Shown here in pieces: positions 1 through 11,896 of a DNA stretch of 64,000 nucleotides. The notes below the pieces were generated by a model. The model saw nothing but the letters and a program-made list of their open reading frames with translations. It did no database searches and was not told where the DNA came from. Each line of letters opens with the position of its first letter. Position 1 is the first letter of the stretch. The DNA is from Malacoraja senta (taxonomy: Eukaryota): the NCBI GenBank assembly GCA_038087875.1, contig CM075980.1:1612001-1676000 (forward strand). The letters run 5' to 3'. The translations under genes were made by a program, and so were the position numbers.

Positions 1-369
1 ATGTCAACTATTTCTTGTATGTCATTTGGCTTTTTTTTTTAGCCTTGATCTTTGGGTATTTAAATACCACAGTTGGTCATTGATCAAGTTTCTTGCTCAT
101 GCAGCCAATTGGCTTCTATTCTGTCATTTAACAATAATCTTTGGCCCTAATTAAATAGCCACCTGACTGACAAAAGAAAGTCTTGTCAAAAATTACTGTA
201 TTTCTTGCAAATGTATACAATTCTACCTCAACACCATAACACCATGATAGCAAGAGGCTCAAGTGTCAGTGCCTGTAATGTATGAACAAAGCAAAAAGAA
301 AATGACAAGGCAAATGCGTTCATTTCCCTACAGTTAAATAATTGGGCTGGAAGCATCATTTTGGCGCAG

Positions 370-1310
370 TCAGAGTATCGAGTATAGAAGTTGTGAGATC
401 ACGTTACAATTGTATAAAACATTGGTGAGGCCACATTTAGAGTGTTCAGTTTTAGGAATAGGAATACTTTATTGTCACATGCGGCTCGGCACAGTGAAAT
501 TCTTTGCTTGCATACACAATGTACACATAGCAGCCACCTACAGCGCTGACAGAGTTACAAAGTACGCTGGCTCCCCCCATCCCCAACAGTTCCCCTACGC
601 CGGGTCCCCTTTGTCCGCCCCCCAATTGTCCATTGTTCTTCCCCTCCCTCCCCCCCTCACGGCGGTCCATTGTTCTTCCCTTCCCTCTTCACGGTGTTCC
701 TCCACGCTCTCGTCGGCCTGTCGACGCCCCATTTTACGCCTCCGTGGTGCCGACCCGGGCCTCGGCCGCAGGCTCCGCCAGCCGCTCCGCCGACCCGCAA
801 GGCCCCGACCCGGGCTTCTATGCTGCGATCCGGGAGGCATCAAGGCAGCGGCGCCTCGATAAAGGCCTCCGGCCGTGTTCCCAGTCCACAGCTGCGGCCC
901 GTCGGGAAACCTTCTGTCAGGAAAGATGTTGTCAAGCTGGAAAGGGTGCAGAGGATGTTGCCTGGACTCGTGGGCCTGAACTATAGGGAGAGGTTGAGCA
1001 GGCTAGGACTTTATTCTTTGGAGTGCAGAAGGTTGACGGGTGATCTTACAGACATGTATAACATCATGAGAGGAATACATCGGGTAAATGCTCAATGTCT
1101 TTTGCCCAGAGTAGGGAAAGTGTGGTTGGTACATGGAACGAGCTGCCAGACGAGGTTGTGGAGGCAGGTGCATCACAACATTTAAGAGATGTTGACAGGT
1201 ACATGTTTGGATTGGTTTCGGGGGTTATTGGCGAAACACTGTCAGGTGGGACTAGTGCAGATGGGGCATGAGTATATTGGGCCGAAGGGCCTATTTTCCA
1301 CGCTATATGA
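370..1310 (+). mobile_element. CR1/HER1-type LINE 3' fragment (RT C-terminus and tail), interrupted by an insertion at ~452-907
   Basis: Translations LYKTLVRPHLE and RKDVVKLERVQRMLPGLVGLNYRERLSRLGLYSLECRRLTGDL; tail GGGCCGAAGGGCC...TATGACTAT. Confidence 0.85.
452..907 (-). mobile_element. GC/CpG-rich non-autonomous retroposon with L2/Rex1-like 3' tail, nested in CR1
   Basis: Minus-strand tail ...GAATTTCACTGTGCC...GTGACAATAAAG plus (TATTCC)n; GC-rich body; splits a CR1 coding fragment. Confidence 0.6.
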
Positions 1311-1653
1311 CTATCAAAAACGAAATCATCAAAATGTTGGTCCAGATGAGGAGGGTGAAAAGTGCCATTATGTTAATGGGACGAGGAGAGAAGAGAAGGA
1401 TGGACAAAGGGAAGGAGAGATTGTGGATTGATGGGAATGGGAAGGGAACACAGAGTATCGGTACCTGCAATTGAAAATTTCATTTTTTCTAGGCTAACTG
1501 TTCATTGGTTGTACAATAAGAGGTGAGAGAAATAATGCACCATTTTAGATGCTGAGGCCTGTATATTTGATCCAGTATTTGGCTTGGGCTGACTTTAGCC
1601 CAATCCTGCTCAAGGTTACTCACATGAATTCTCTCATGTTTGGCATGTGTGCT

Positions 1654-1853
1654 NNNNNNNNNNNNNNNNNNNNNNNNNNNNNNNNNNNNNNNNNNNNNNN
1701 NNNNNNNNNNNNNNNNNNNNNNNNNNNNNNNNNNNNNNNNNNNNNNNNNNNNNNNNNNNNNNNNNNNNNNNNNNNNNNNNNNNNNNNNNNNNNNNNNNNN
1801 NNNNNNNNNNNNNNNNNNNNNNNNNNNNNNNNNNNNNNNNNNNNNNNNNNNNN
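1654..1853. other. Assembly gap (200 N)
   Basis: Run of exactly 200 N. Confidence 1.
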
Positions 1854-2660
1854 TGTGCTTCACTTTTCATTTAACCCTTTAAATTTGTACAAATTGAGTA
1901 ATTGCCCGTCTGTGCAGCCACACTGATTTGCCTTTTTCACATTTAGCTTAAACTTAACTCCTGGAGTCCAACTCGCATGCGGACTGTTCAGCAGGTGCAG
2001 CAGCTGACAATTGTCCCCATTGGGCACTGGCTTTTCGGTCATGTATGGGCATTGTTTTGTGTGATGGATCCAAATTATTGGTCGGCACTGATTTCTGTTC
2101 CGTCAATATCCATAATTAGCAACGGAGGATCAGGAGAAAAAGGGTCGTGATCTGAGATGTCATCTGTCCATTCCCTCTGCAGATGCTGCCTGAGTTCCTC
2201 TAGCACTTGGTTTTATTCAGGGGAAATTGCTCATGCTGAAACCATGTTCTAATATTAAATTCTTCCAATTTCAACGATTCTGCAGGCTCATTTCAAACTT
2301 TTTTTACTTTTGTTTACAGAAAGTACTGTACTGTGACAATGATGACCTAAGGTGTCCCTGCTAATGTTTATCAATTGGCATGAGTCAACTTCTGGATTTG
2401 ATGTTCTGCACTTGGGCATCATCTGTTAACATTGAAACTGCATTATCTTGCACTGTACTGTGATTAAATTGTCACGGATATATAGTTGCCTAAAAAGCAA
2501 TTGGCTGCTTGTTCTGGGTGAGGGCAGTGTTCAATTCAACTGTTTTAAAATTCAGCTTCCACCTCAGAATGTTATTGAGCAGGAGATTTTTCTCATGAAT
2601 CTTTTAAAGCCTTTTTTAATACAATTTCTGCAATGGGCAATCAGTACAGAATTGATTAAA

Positions 2661-3000
2661 TATAGACAAAGTGCTGGAGTAACTCAGCCGGTCAGACAGC
2701 ATCTCGAGGACATGGATACGCAACGTTTCGGGTCGAGGTCCTTCAGACAAACAAGAAGCCACGTGTTGGAAGGAACTGCAGATGCTGGTTTATACCGAAG
2801 ATGGACACAAATTGCTGGAGTAAATCAGCATCTCTTATGTCGCCTATTCTTTTTCTCCAGAGATGCTGCCCGACCTGCTGAGTTACTCTGGCATTTTTTG
2901 TCTAAGCAAGAATCCATGTTCTCCAGAGATGCTGCCTGACCTGCTGAGTTACTCCAGCACTTTAGGTTTTGTAAACCAGCATCTGCAGTTCCTTGTACCT
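2661..3000. mobile_element. Cluster of PLE terminal-repeat fragments in inverted arrangement
   Basis: Two minus and two plus copies of the AGATGCTGCC..GCTGAGTTACTCCAGCA..CCAGCATCTGCAGTTCC motif; degenerate flanking repeat ACAGAATTGATT/ACGGAATTGATT. Confidence 0.7.
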
Positions 3001-3478
3001 ACGGAATTGATTGAGTTATGCTTGCGGTAATTTATTTCAAATGTTGCAATATTACGTAATTGTTTTTGCGCGGTGAAAATCGAAAATATTGGAACATTTT
3101 CAGGTCATGCAGCATTTTCAGAAGGAACAGTTAGTATTGGTTTATTATCATTACATGTGCAAAGAAGCAGTGGAGAAACTTTGTTTTGCGTGAAAACCAA
3201 GCAATTCACGCCATACAAAAATACAATCAAACCATACACGAGTACAGCAGGTAGTGCAAAAAAATGGAAAAGAAAAAGTACAGTAGGTAGTGCTAAAGCC
3301 ACAGAATGGAGTAGGGTTTTTAAAAAGTGCAGCGCAGCTACAAGGTACATTGGTGCAAATCCATAGCAAAGAAATGCCCAGATCCTCAACTGCTGTTTAA
3401 AGACTCATGGGCTGCTTTTTCAAAAGGAATTATAAAATAAGATTCTGATGTTACTTTTGTGCTTTTGTTTTTCCCCAG

Positions 3479-3575
3479 TGCAAAAGGTTTGCCAACCGTC
3501 TGCCTTGACCAGTTGTGGATCAAATGCTCTTGTGTTTCACAAAAATCTTGTTACCTCTAGAACACGTGGCACAAG
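3479..3575 (+). other. Candidate upstream (probably 5'UTR) exon of ARVCF
   Basis: Long polypyrimidine acceptor TTTTGTGCTTTTGTTTTTCCCCAG| and strong donor CAAG|GTAAGA; 97 nt; same strand as ARVCF. Confidence 0.45.
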
Positions 3576-4244
3576 GTAAGAATGCAATACTTTTGTCTGC
3601 AGCAATTCACTCTTGGGGGGGTGAAGAAGAGGACTGGGAGAGAGACAAGAGGAGACACTTCACATATTTCACATTACTGCAGCAGATTTTACTACTTCAC
3701 ATTTAATAACAAATCCACAAATGTTAAATATTGGTAAAGTAATGCAAAGTGAATGGAAAATGAAAAGGCTCTTGATGCTTAATATTGTTAAAACTATTTG
3801 AATTTAGCTGCCAGATATGACTCTGTATTTGTAAATTAACCATTTCTTTGCAGAAGGGTAAATTATTTCCGTGCTTTAAAAAAATAATTGCTTATTCTTT
3901 AAGAGCCACGTGCTGTGTTTTTCATGTTACAGGTTGCTTGGAATGCTATATGAAAATGGATTTAAGTTGCTTAACATATTAAATGATGAGCATTTTTTCC
4001 ATTACTTCACTGTTTCTGTTTTTGTCGTGTTGATCATTCTGCATTTTGAATCTGTTCAAGGTGGGACAGATGTTTTAATTTTTTTTGTCCATCCATTGTC
4101 CGTTGGTTAGGGCCGTGAAGCTGGAAAATATTATAATGGCACAATGAATATTAGTTCATTAAAATTAAAAGCAAGTTCTTATCTGAGGCTGAAGAGTTTA
4201 ATGTAGTAGTACTAAAACTAGTACATTGATGGTAGTACTAGACA

Positions 4245-5490
4245 ACAACTTCAGGAGATGGTTACACCATAGATTTGGCCAAATGAATGAGTGGTTATCA
4301 GGAGAGACTGGCAGGTATTGCTGGAGTCTCCTGTTGCTCTCCTGCTCAAATGCATACACCAGTTTGGATACTGTTGGCTGTGAGGGGGGGGGGGGGGGGG
4401 GGAGAGAGGAATTGTCACCCACGGACACAAGCAGCAGCAGCCAGAACAGTGACACCATGCCTGGCTGTGTTGGACAGGAGGGTCAGGCTAAGTCTTGGTG
4501 AGCAATAATGAAAGAGGACTCTAGATTCACGGATACAGGCAGGCAGTGGCTGCAAGCGAAGTTCCAGGATGATGTGTTACCTGGTGCCAGATACAGGCAC
4601 AGGGAGCAGGCACAGGACCTTCCGATTGGGGCGGCGGGTGAACAGCTGGAGTTTGTGGTCCTTATTGGTACCATTGACATACTGGGAAGGGAAACGAGTT
4701 CCTGCACAAAGTATACAGTATTTTAGTTTATTGGGTTGTGTATGTGTGGGGGGGGGGGGGGGTGAAACATGATTTTTGTCTCTTCGGGGGAATGCGAATT
4801 TTTCTTGTCGTATCCCCCTTCTCTGCCTCCGTCTGCGCTGAGGCCAAAATGGCGGAGCTGCCGGCCTCCAACTCCAACTGCGACAGACCGACCTCGAGGC
4901 TCCGGAGGCAGAGCCAGGACTTACCAGCGCGGGGCTGGCCGGCTTCGGGGCTGCGGTGGCGACCGAGGACGCTGGTGGCGACCTGAGTCCGGAGGCTCGG
5001 CCGCGGGCCCGGTGGACGACATCGTCGGGAGCTCGCAGGTCACAGGTGGGTGACTTGTTTTTTCTGGGGCTCCCGCAACTACAGCTGCGTCCGCTGGACT
5101 GGAGGGCGGCAGCTTCGGCCACCCCGGGCCGCGGAGTTTGAACCGGCCCGTCGCGGAGCACGGATTCAGCCGCGGGATTGACTTACCATCACCCGGCGGG
5201 GTCACAACATCAGAAGCCTGGATCGCCTCAGCGCAGAGGAAGAACAAAGCGGGAAGAGACAGAGACTTTAAGACTTTTGCCTCCATCACAGTGAGGAGGT
5301 GCCTGGTGAACTCACTGTGGTGGATGTTAATTTGTGTTTATTGTGTGTTTTGTTATTTATTATTATATGTATGACTGCAGGCAACGAAATTTCGTTCAGA
5401 CCGAAAGGTCTGAATGACAAATAAAGGAATCTCTAATCTCTAATCTCTATAGGAGCTGGTACGTGAGCAAGAACTTCAAATATATTGATC
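4245..5490 (+). mobile_element. Degraded CR1 ORF1 (SGNH esterase-like) remnant, split by the 4716-5447 insertion
   Basis: Remnants EDS, LPGAR and GEQLEFVVLIGTIDI resemble CR1 ORF1 GDS/PGA/VVHIGTND motifs; resumes after the insert as TATAGGAGCTGG (YREL). Confidence 0.55.
4716..5447 (+). mobile_element. CpG-rich non-autonomous retroposon, apparently full length, with hairpin tail
   Basis: Flanked by TATA (4712-4715 and 5448-5451); GC-rich body; 3' hairpin TTCAGACC-GAAA-GGTCTGAA, AATAAA, (AATCTCT)3 tail. Confidence 0.7.
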
Positions 5491-6164
5491 ATTTGGTCTC
5501 TTCCAAGGAAGGTCGGACCTGCATAAGATTTATAAAGCTGCAGTTGACTTCCTGATTATTCTACTCAATGCCCCAACCAATGAAGGCCAACATACCATAT
5601 ACCTTCTTTGCCACTGAGACAAGTAGTCATCTGTCCATTTCCCTCTGCCAATGCTGCCTGGTCTGCTGAGTTCTTCCAGCACTTAGTTTTTTGATCAAAG
5701 TGACATAGACTGATCCAGACTCTGTTCTGCTTTCCCAGCACGATTCAGCCCATCAATCTCAGCGTGTTCATCAATCTATCCTGCCTGACCTTAGGACATA
5801 GAAATCGAACAGAAAAGCACAGGAACAGACCATTCAGTCCACAATATCTGTGAGGAGCATGGTGCCAAGGCCAAATCTTACCTGCTTGCACGTCATCCAT
5901 ATCTCACCATATCCTCCATATCCAAATTTCAGATCCAGTTGCCCTACTTTCCTTGCAGTCGGTACTTTTTTTCCTGTCCTTAATGTTCCTACTTCCTTCT
6001 TGTCCTTAGTTTCAGATATATTTGTCCTAACCTCTCCCTTCTCATCAATCCCTCTGCTTGCTGCTCCAGTTCCCACCCCCTTGCCACTCTAGTTTAAACC
6101 CTTTCTAAGTAAATCCAGGAAGGTCTCTGCAAGGATATTGTTTTCCCTCCAAATCAAAACCTGG

Positions 6165-6305
6165 TTAGGTGTCGTTTTGACTCGGGACCTTTGTTCAGAC
6201 CCGAAACGTCACCTATCCATCTTCTCCAGAGATGCTGCCTAACCCACTGAGTTACTCCAGCTCTGTATTTTTTGGTTAAGCAGCATCTGCAGTTCCTTGC
6301 ATCTA
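6165..6305. mobile_element. PLE-terminus fold-back element
   Basis: Short inverted half followed by CCGAAACGTCACCTATCC...GAGATGCTGCC...GCATCTGCAGTTCC. Confidence 0.7.
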
Positions 6306-7399
6306 CTGTTAATATGTGATCTTCATTGATCAGTGGGTCTCCATTTTGCGGAGTTGTCTATTGTTGATTACGAACGCAGGACTATGAATAACCTAAACCA
6401 GATGAAGCCTGATCAAAACGTAACAAAGATTGAAATTGAGTAAGGCAAGTTAAAAAAAAAAAAAGAAATGCTGCAAGCTTTTCAGTAAAACCATACTTCA
6501 ATAAATGGAACATGTTTCCATATTTCCTCCAGGTAATAATCGCACAGCTCCTCACCTTGCATCAGATATTCTGTCGCCTATGAACAGTGCAGGATGTGAC
6601 ATGAGTACTGAATGTTCCCTTTCAATCATCGTGTCCGTCTCAGTTAATATTGGAGGAAAGATCAGCGTGCCTTTGAGACAGGCCTTTCAAATTAAAACCA
6701 CATTCCGCACACAAAGATCTCGGTGAATTAGTGGCATTATGGTTTATATTTTAGTTGGGCTGGATTGGATGACTTGAGTAATCTTTTAGCAATTAGTCAA
6801 GTGTAACACAAAGCATTGAAATTCACCTTGTGTCCTGATTGTGAAGGTGACTGACACCGGAGCAGATGCATCTTAATGCTTGTAATGGGTGCATAAAAAA
6901 TGAGGATTCTTTCCCTTTGCTGCATGTCAATATATATGATGTTGCTTGGTACACAGTTGATGATGGTACATGTTCATACAAATCTGTAGTCATTCCTCCT
7001 CCGTGATCTTGAAGGATCATTAATCATGAAGGATGACAGAGGAGCATCTAATCGTTTTCTGCTCTGTTTTCCCTCCAAATGCTTCATGTTTCAGTTTGCT
7101 ATTATTCAGCAATTTTAGTCTTTTTTTTGAAAAAGCCCTCTTACCTGACCCCCCCCGTGACCTGAAACAGATTTTTGTTTGCAAGGATATGATTTCATGG
7201 GTGTATTGGAGAGTACCTCGTGTTGATGTTCATTCTCGTGTTTAGCTCTTGGCAGGTTGCCCAACCTTGAAACATTGCAGTGAAGACTAATTGTGCATCA
7301 CTACATGCAAGTCCACTTCATAAATTATCTGGACAGGTTGTTGGGTGCCAAACAGCATTGGGTTTTCTCTCTCTATTTTGAGTGTTCACAAGCAGTAGT

Positions 7400-7655
7400 T
7401 CGGAGATACAGCGCGGAAACAGCCACTTCGGCCCACCGAACCCACCCCGACCATTGATCACCTGTGCATTCGACCTATTAGCGCATTTTCCCGTTCTACA
7501 CACTAGGGGCAATTTTCGAGCTAGTTAACCTGCAAACCTGCAGGTCTTTGGTGTGTTGAAGGACCCCAACCCCTCTGGAGGAAACCCATGCGGTCACAGG
7601 GTGAACGTACAAACTCCTCGTAGACAGCAGCTGCAGTTGGGATTGAATCATCGCT
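7400..7655 (-). mobile_element. HE1-like V-SINE
   Basis: Reverse complement shows V-domain GGAGTTTGTACGTTC...GGGTTTCCTCC and CR1-like tail GGGCCGAAG..CTGTTTCC..CTGTATCT. Confidence 0.75.
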
Positions 7656-8339
7656 TCTGTTCGGCTGGCATTGGTTCTTGGTCCAGTGATGCCTACATTC
7701 CAATTCCTTTCCTGTTTTTATTTTCCCCCAGAGATTTGTTCTTCCCCATACAACTCTAATATTTGTACCCATAGTCTGCTTGGTAAATCTCTTATTTTTA
7801 ATCACTGTGCAAGCGATGTATATCCGTTCACTTGTCCAGGCTCCAAAATGTTATCTTTACAACTTTATCCCTTTCTCTCCTTGCAGCTTTTAAAAAACCT
7901 TCTTTCAGCATTATCACCAGATTAAATGACTTCAGCGCACAGATTCCACATTCTGCTGTCTGGGACTCGAGGTGTTTTACTGCAGTTAATATGTGCAGAA
8001 ATAAAATATTTTCTGATGAAATCTAACTATGGCACATCGGCTACATTATTATAATGGAGCATTGCAATCATTTAACTCTGTGGAATGATTATGATCCTGT
8101 GGTTGTGCCGTTGATGTGTATCAATGACTCCAATTTATACTGTTGAGTTGTCTAAAAGAACTGTGAAAATGAATTAAGAAACCTTTTCAATACATTAAGA
8201 AACAGTTCAGAAACCTTCCAATTCTTCCCTTTCATTTGGTTTTGGTGGAATGGACTTATTTTCAATTGGAAATATAATATCCAAAGCAATTCCTAACTTT
8301 TTAGTGCATCAATCAGGCATTGATTAAGCTATTTGAAAT

Positions 8340-8722
8340 TGGATTGACTATAGGAAAGATGTCATTAAGCTTGAATGTGCATGCAGAAGATTTACGAGGT
8401 AGGGAAGAGATGGTGTGAATGCAGTCTTATCCGGGGGTGGGAAGAATCAAGCATCTGAGGACACAAGTTTTTGATGAAAGCAAAAAGATTTAACGGGAAA
8501 CCGAGGGGTAACCTTTTCACACACTGGTGGGTATGTGGACCGAGCTGCCAGTTGAGGCGGGCACTATAACAACATTTGAAAGATACTTGGATAGGTTCCT
8601 GGATCGGCAAGGTTTGGAGGGATATGGGTCAAACAAGGGTAGTTGGGGTGTGCGGAGATGGAGCATCTTGGTTGGCATGTACAAGTTGGGCCAAATGGCC
8701 TGTTTCTGTGCAGCTTGACTCT
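8340..8722 (+). mobile_element. CR1/HER1 LINE 3' fragment
   Basis: Translation LPVEAGTITTFERYLDRFLDRQGLEGYG; typical tail. Confidence 0.8.
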
Positions 8723-9173
8723 GAGTCTGTGGAAGCAGAATTTTATTATCCATGTCCCAGAGAAACCTTTTAAAATGTGACCTTGTGTGGTGTTTACTGT
8801 TTTCGAACAGTGCAAGCAAGGGTTCTTTGTGCTTTGATATGTCTCTGCTTGGGGGGGAATTCCATGGTTTATATTTGATATTAAAGCTGCTGAGTTCATT
8901 TTCGCAACTCTGGTTGTGACATTTATGGTGTTTATAGTCATTTTGAAACACTTTGTTGCAGTTGTTTTGTATCTGGAGAGCACGTTGTATTTGGAGGAAT
9001 AGGGAAATTTTAACATGGAAAACAAAGTTTAACTCAGAATTTAGAAATCATGTAATGGAGTTGAAAGTGGTGTTAAAAGATGACACTCAAATAGCCCTTT
9101 TGAATATCTTGTTAATACTTTTGGTTCTGCAATATGCTGTTTATGTAATTTGTGGAGCTTAATAACTGTATTA

Positions 9174-9379
9174 AAGGACACAAAGTGTTGGAGTAACTCA
9201 GCAGACCAGGCAGCTTTTCTGGAGAATGTGGATCGGTGATCTGACCAAAGAATGGTCTCAACCCGAAATCTCACCTATCGATATTCTCCAGAGATGCTGC
9301 CTGGCCTGCTGAGTTACTCCAGCACTTTGTGCCCTTTTGTGTATTAACTAGCATCCGCAGTTCTTGTTCCTGCACTTTG
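9174..9379. mobile_element. PLE-terminus fold-back element with TSD
   Basis: Inverted halves; flanks ATAACTGTATTA (9162-9173) and ATAACTGCATTA (9380-9391). Confidence 0.8.
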
Positions 9380-10142
9380 ATAACTGCATTATTTTATTTC
9401 AGTATCAGTTCTAAAGGCTTGGCAATCTGTCAAACCTGCCAGCAATTTAAATAACTCATTTATAAAGATATCGTTGCTAAATATATTAAGGGTACACGTG
9501 TACATGTTATAGGCTTCACATTCCATATCGGTAGAAGCTTCTATAATGTAGAACCTCTTGAATTTTGTCCTTGGCATCAGCTTGCATGACCCTTTGCATT
9601 TGTTTTAAGATTGACTTAGCTGAATTTAATGAGCCCAATCAAATATATGCTTCACATATCTGCAGCGTTAATTTTACATCAGCTGCTTTTCCCTGAGGAA
9701 AATTAAGTATATAAATTCTGTGTGGCTCGCTCACTTGTAGCCATTTTATATTGCAGGCAGGCTTTCCCAAGTATAGGTACGCCCCAGGATCGTGTCAGGG
9801 ATCCAGTCCTGTAACTATCCATAAGATTCCTTAAATCAGGAATACCTGTTTCCGATCGTATTCTTGGTATAACCCTTTTTATTTCGTTGACTAACCACCC
9901 TAACACTGCCTGTAACTAATCTACTGGAATGTATACTGTATTCAGACATTGATAAATACCATGTAACATGAACGATGCTTTAAAAGTGGAGAATTTGTGT
10001 AAAGTTGCATTTCTGCAAATCGGGCCTTGTTTAACCTGGGGAGCTGCTACATTCATGGCTTTGCATCTTCTGAAGCATCCTGCTTCATAGGAATGTGTCA
10101 GAAGGACCAGGCAAAAGGGGAACTGATCAACGTTGTATGATA

Positions 10143-10371
10143 GGTAGACAAAAGTGCTGGAGAAACTCAGCGGGTGCAGCAGCATCTATGGAGCGAAGGA
10201 AATAGGCAAAGTTTCGGGCCGAAACCCTTCTTCAGACTGAAGAAGGGTTTTGGTCCGAAATAGGAAAACGTTGCCTATTTCCTTCGCTCCATAGATGCTG
10301 CTGCACCCGCTGAGTTTTTCCAGCACTTTTGTCTGCCTTCGATTTTCCAGCATCTGCAGTTCCTTCTTAAA
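10143..10371. mobile_element. PLE-terminus fold-back element with TSD (near-perfect palindrome)
   Basis: Arms of ~95 bp meet at CTTCTTCAG-A-CTGAAGAAG; flanks AACGTTGTATGATA (10129-10142) and AACGTTGTAAGATA (10372-10385). Confidence 0.85.
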
Positions 10372-11419
10372 AACGTTGTAAGATAATTGGCCTCTGTATT
10401 GGATGTCCTGGGTATTTCGTTAGGCAGACGGTGTGCAGGCAAGATAGTTACACCACTTTCCATTATCTTGTTGATTGTTGAAAGGAAAAAGATTAGGCTG
10501 GAGTGCTGAATTATAATGGAATCTAAATTGTTGTTCATTATTTCACCTGAAATTGGGAGGGGAAAAAATGACATGCTTTTACATTAAAGCAACAGTAATC
10601 TAAACCTTACTCTTTTGTGTTAAGGGCACTTTTGAGTTTTCGTGACCTACTTTTATCAGCCATATCAAAGCTCTTTTGTAGCTCTTTAGAATCCCCTTCC
10701 ATTCTTCTCCTACTCAGTTCTTGCTTTTAGTGCCTTTTCTGATCAGCTTTGTTTGTTCAAGAGACAAGTCAAGAGTGTTTAATTGTCATATGCTTTGGCA
10801 ACGGAACAATGAAATTCTTTCTTGCTGCAGCTTTACAGACCATTGGGAGGTAATTCCTTTCAGATCCATTTGTTTTCAGTACAAGTGGCAGATTAAGATT
10901 TATCACAATGCAGAAGATTCTCCAGTGTTGGTTTGATGCACTCGTCCATACACTCCGAGTGGTTCTGGCCCTTGTTTACCCAAGTCAAGAGAGTTAATGA
11001 TTAAAAATAAAATTATGGAGACAGCTGGCAGATTGGGCAGCATCTTTGGAGAAAGGAATGATTTTGGATTGATGACCCTTGCACCAGAGTGAGAAAGGCA
11101 AGAGTGAGTTGAATTTGCAGAGTGGGAAGGAGCGGTGATAGGAAAAGGAATGCCTGGATTATTCAAAAATAGAGACTGATAAATATTGTTGATCAGTGCT
11201 GAGTTGAGCATCAAGTTTAGAGTGGAGCAGGATTCTGTTGTGCTCACAATACGACAGGAATGAGGTTTAAAGGTGGTCCATTTTCTGAGATTCTGTTAAA
11301 CAGTCTAATGTAAGTCAAGGCGTGATAGTTGTGCTGCTTTCCAAAGATCAAATTGACATTGGTCATGTTTGAAGGTAGACAAAAATGCTGGAGAACCTCA
11401 GCAGGTGAGGCAGCGAGTT

Positions 11420-11587
11420 AGACGTCGTGGGGTGACACCTGTATGGTCATGAGTAGTCGCCCAAAGAGTCGTATCTTTTTCTGATCGCCACTGGATTTTC
11501 AATATTTTGAAAATTTTCGCCGACCTGCTGCAACTATGACGGGTGCCAGCAAGTCGCCGAAAAAATTACGTAAGTGGGACAGGCCCT
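11420..11587. mobile_element. Right half of a palindromic MITE (same family as 36036-36351)
   Basis: Ends AGTGGGACAGGCCCT|TAA; shares CCAAAGAGTCGTA and a variant of the TTTTCAA....TTGAAAA sub-palindrome. Confidence 0.75.
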
Positions 11588-11896
11588 TAAGAAGCTCTAA
11601 ATTTAGGACATGGATATGTAGGAAATGGAGAGATATGCATTATGTGCGGACAGATGAATTAGTCTTGGCATCATGTTCGGCACAGACATTGTGGGCCGAA
11701 GGGCCTGTTCTTATGCTGTACTGTTCTATGTTTATTACTGAATTGAAGCTTGCTCGGAAACCCAAGGTTAAAACGACTCCAAGGGTGAAGCTGAGCTTGG
11801 CTCTAGCCAATCACAAATCAAATTTCTCACTGTAGGTTGACCACCCAGTGTCCCATTGATAGGTTGCCACATTTGCACCCTTCAAGTAATTTTGGC

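Noticed and set aside
1489-1926. ORFs spanning the N run
   Set aside because: Artefacts of the assembly gap.
4790-5240. CpG island as a host promoter
   Set aside because: Lies inside a retroposon with a tail and TSD that interrupts a CR1 remnant.
4577-5374. Overlapping Pro/Arg/Gly-rich ORFs here, at 410-986 and at 48693-49560
   Set aside because: Expected from stop-codon scarcity in GC-rich repeats; no protein motifs.
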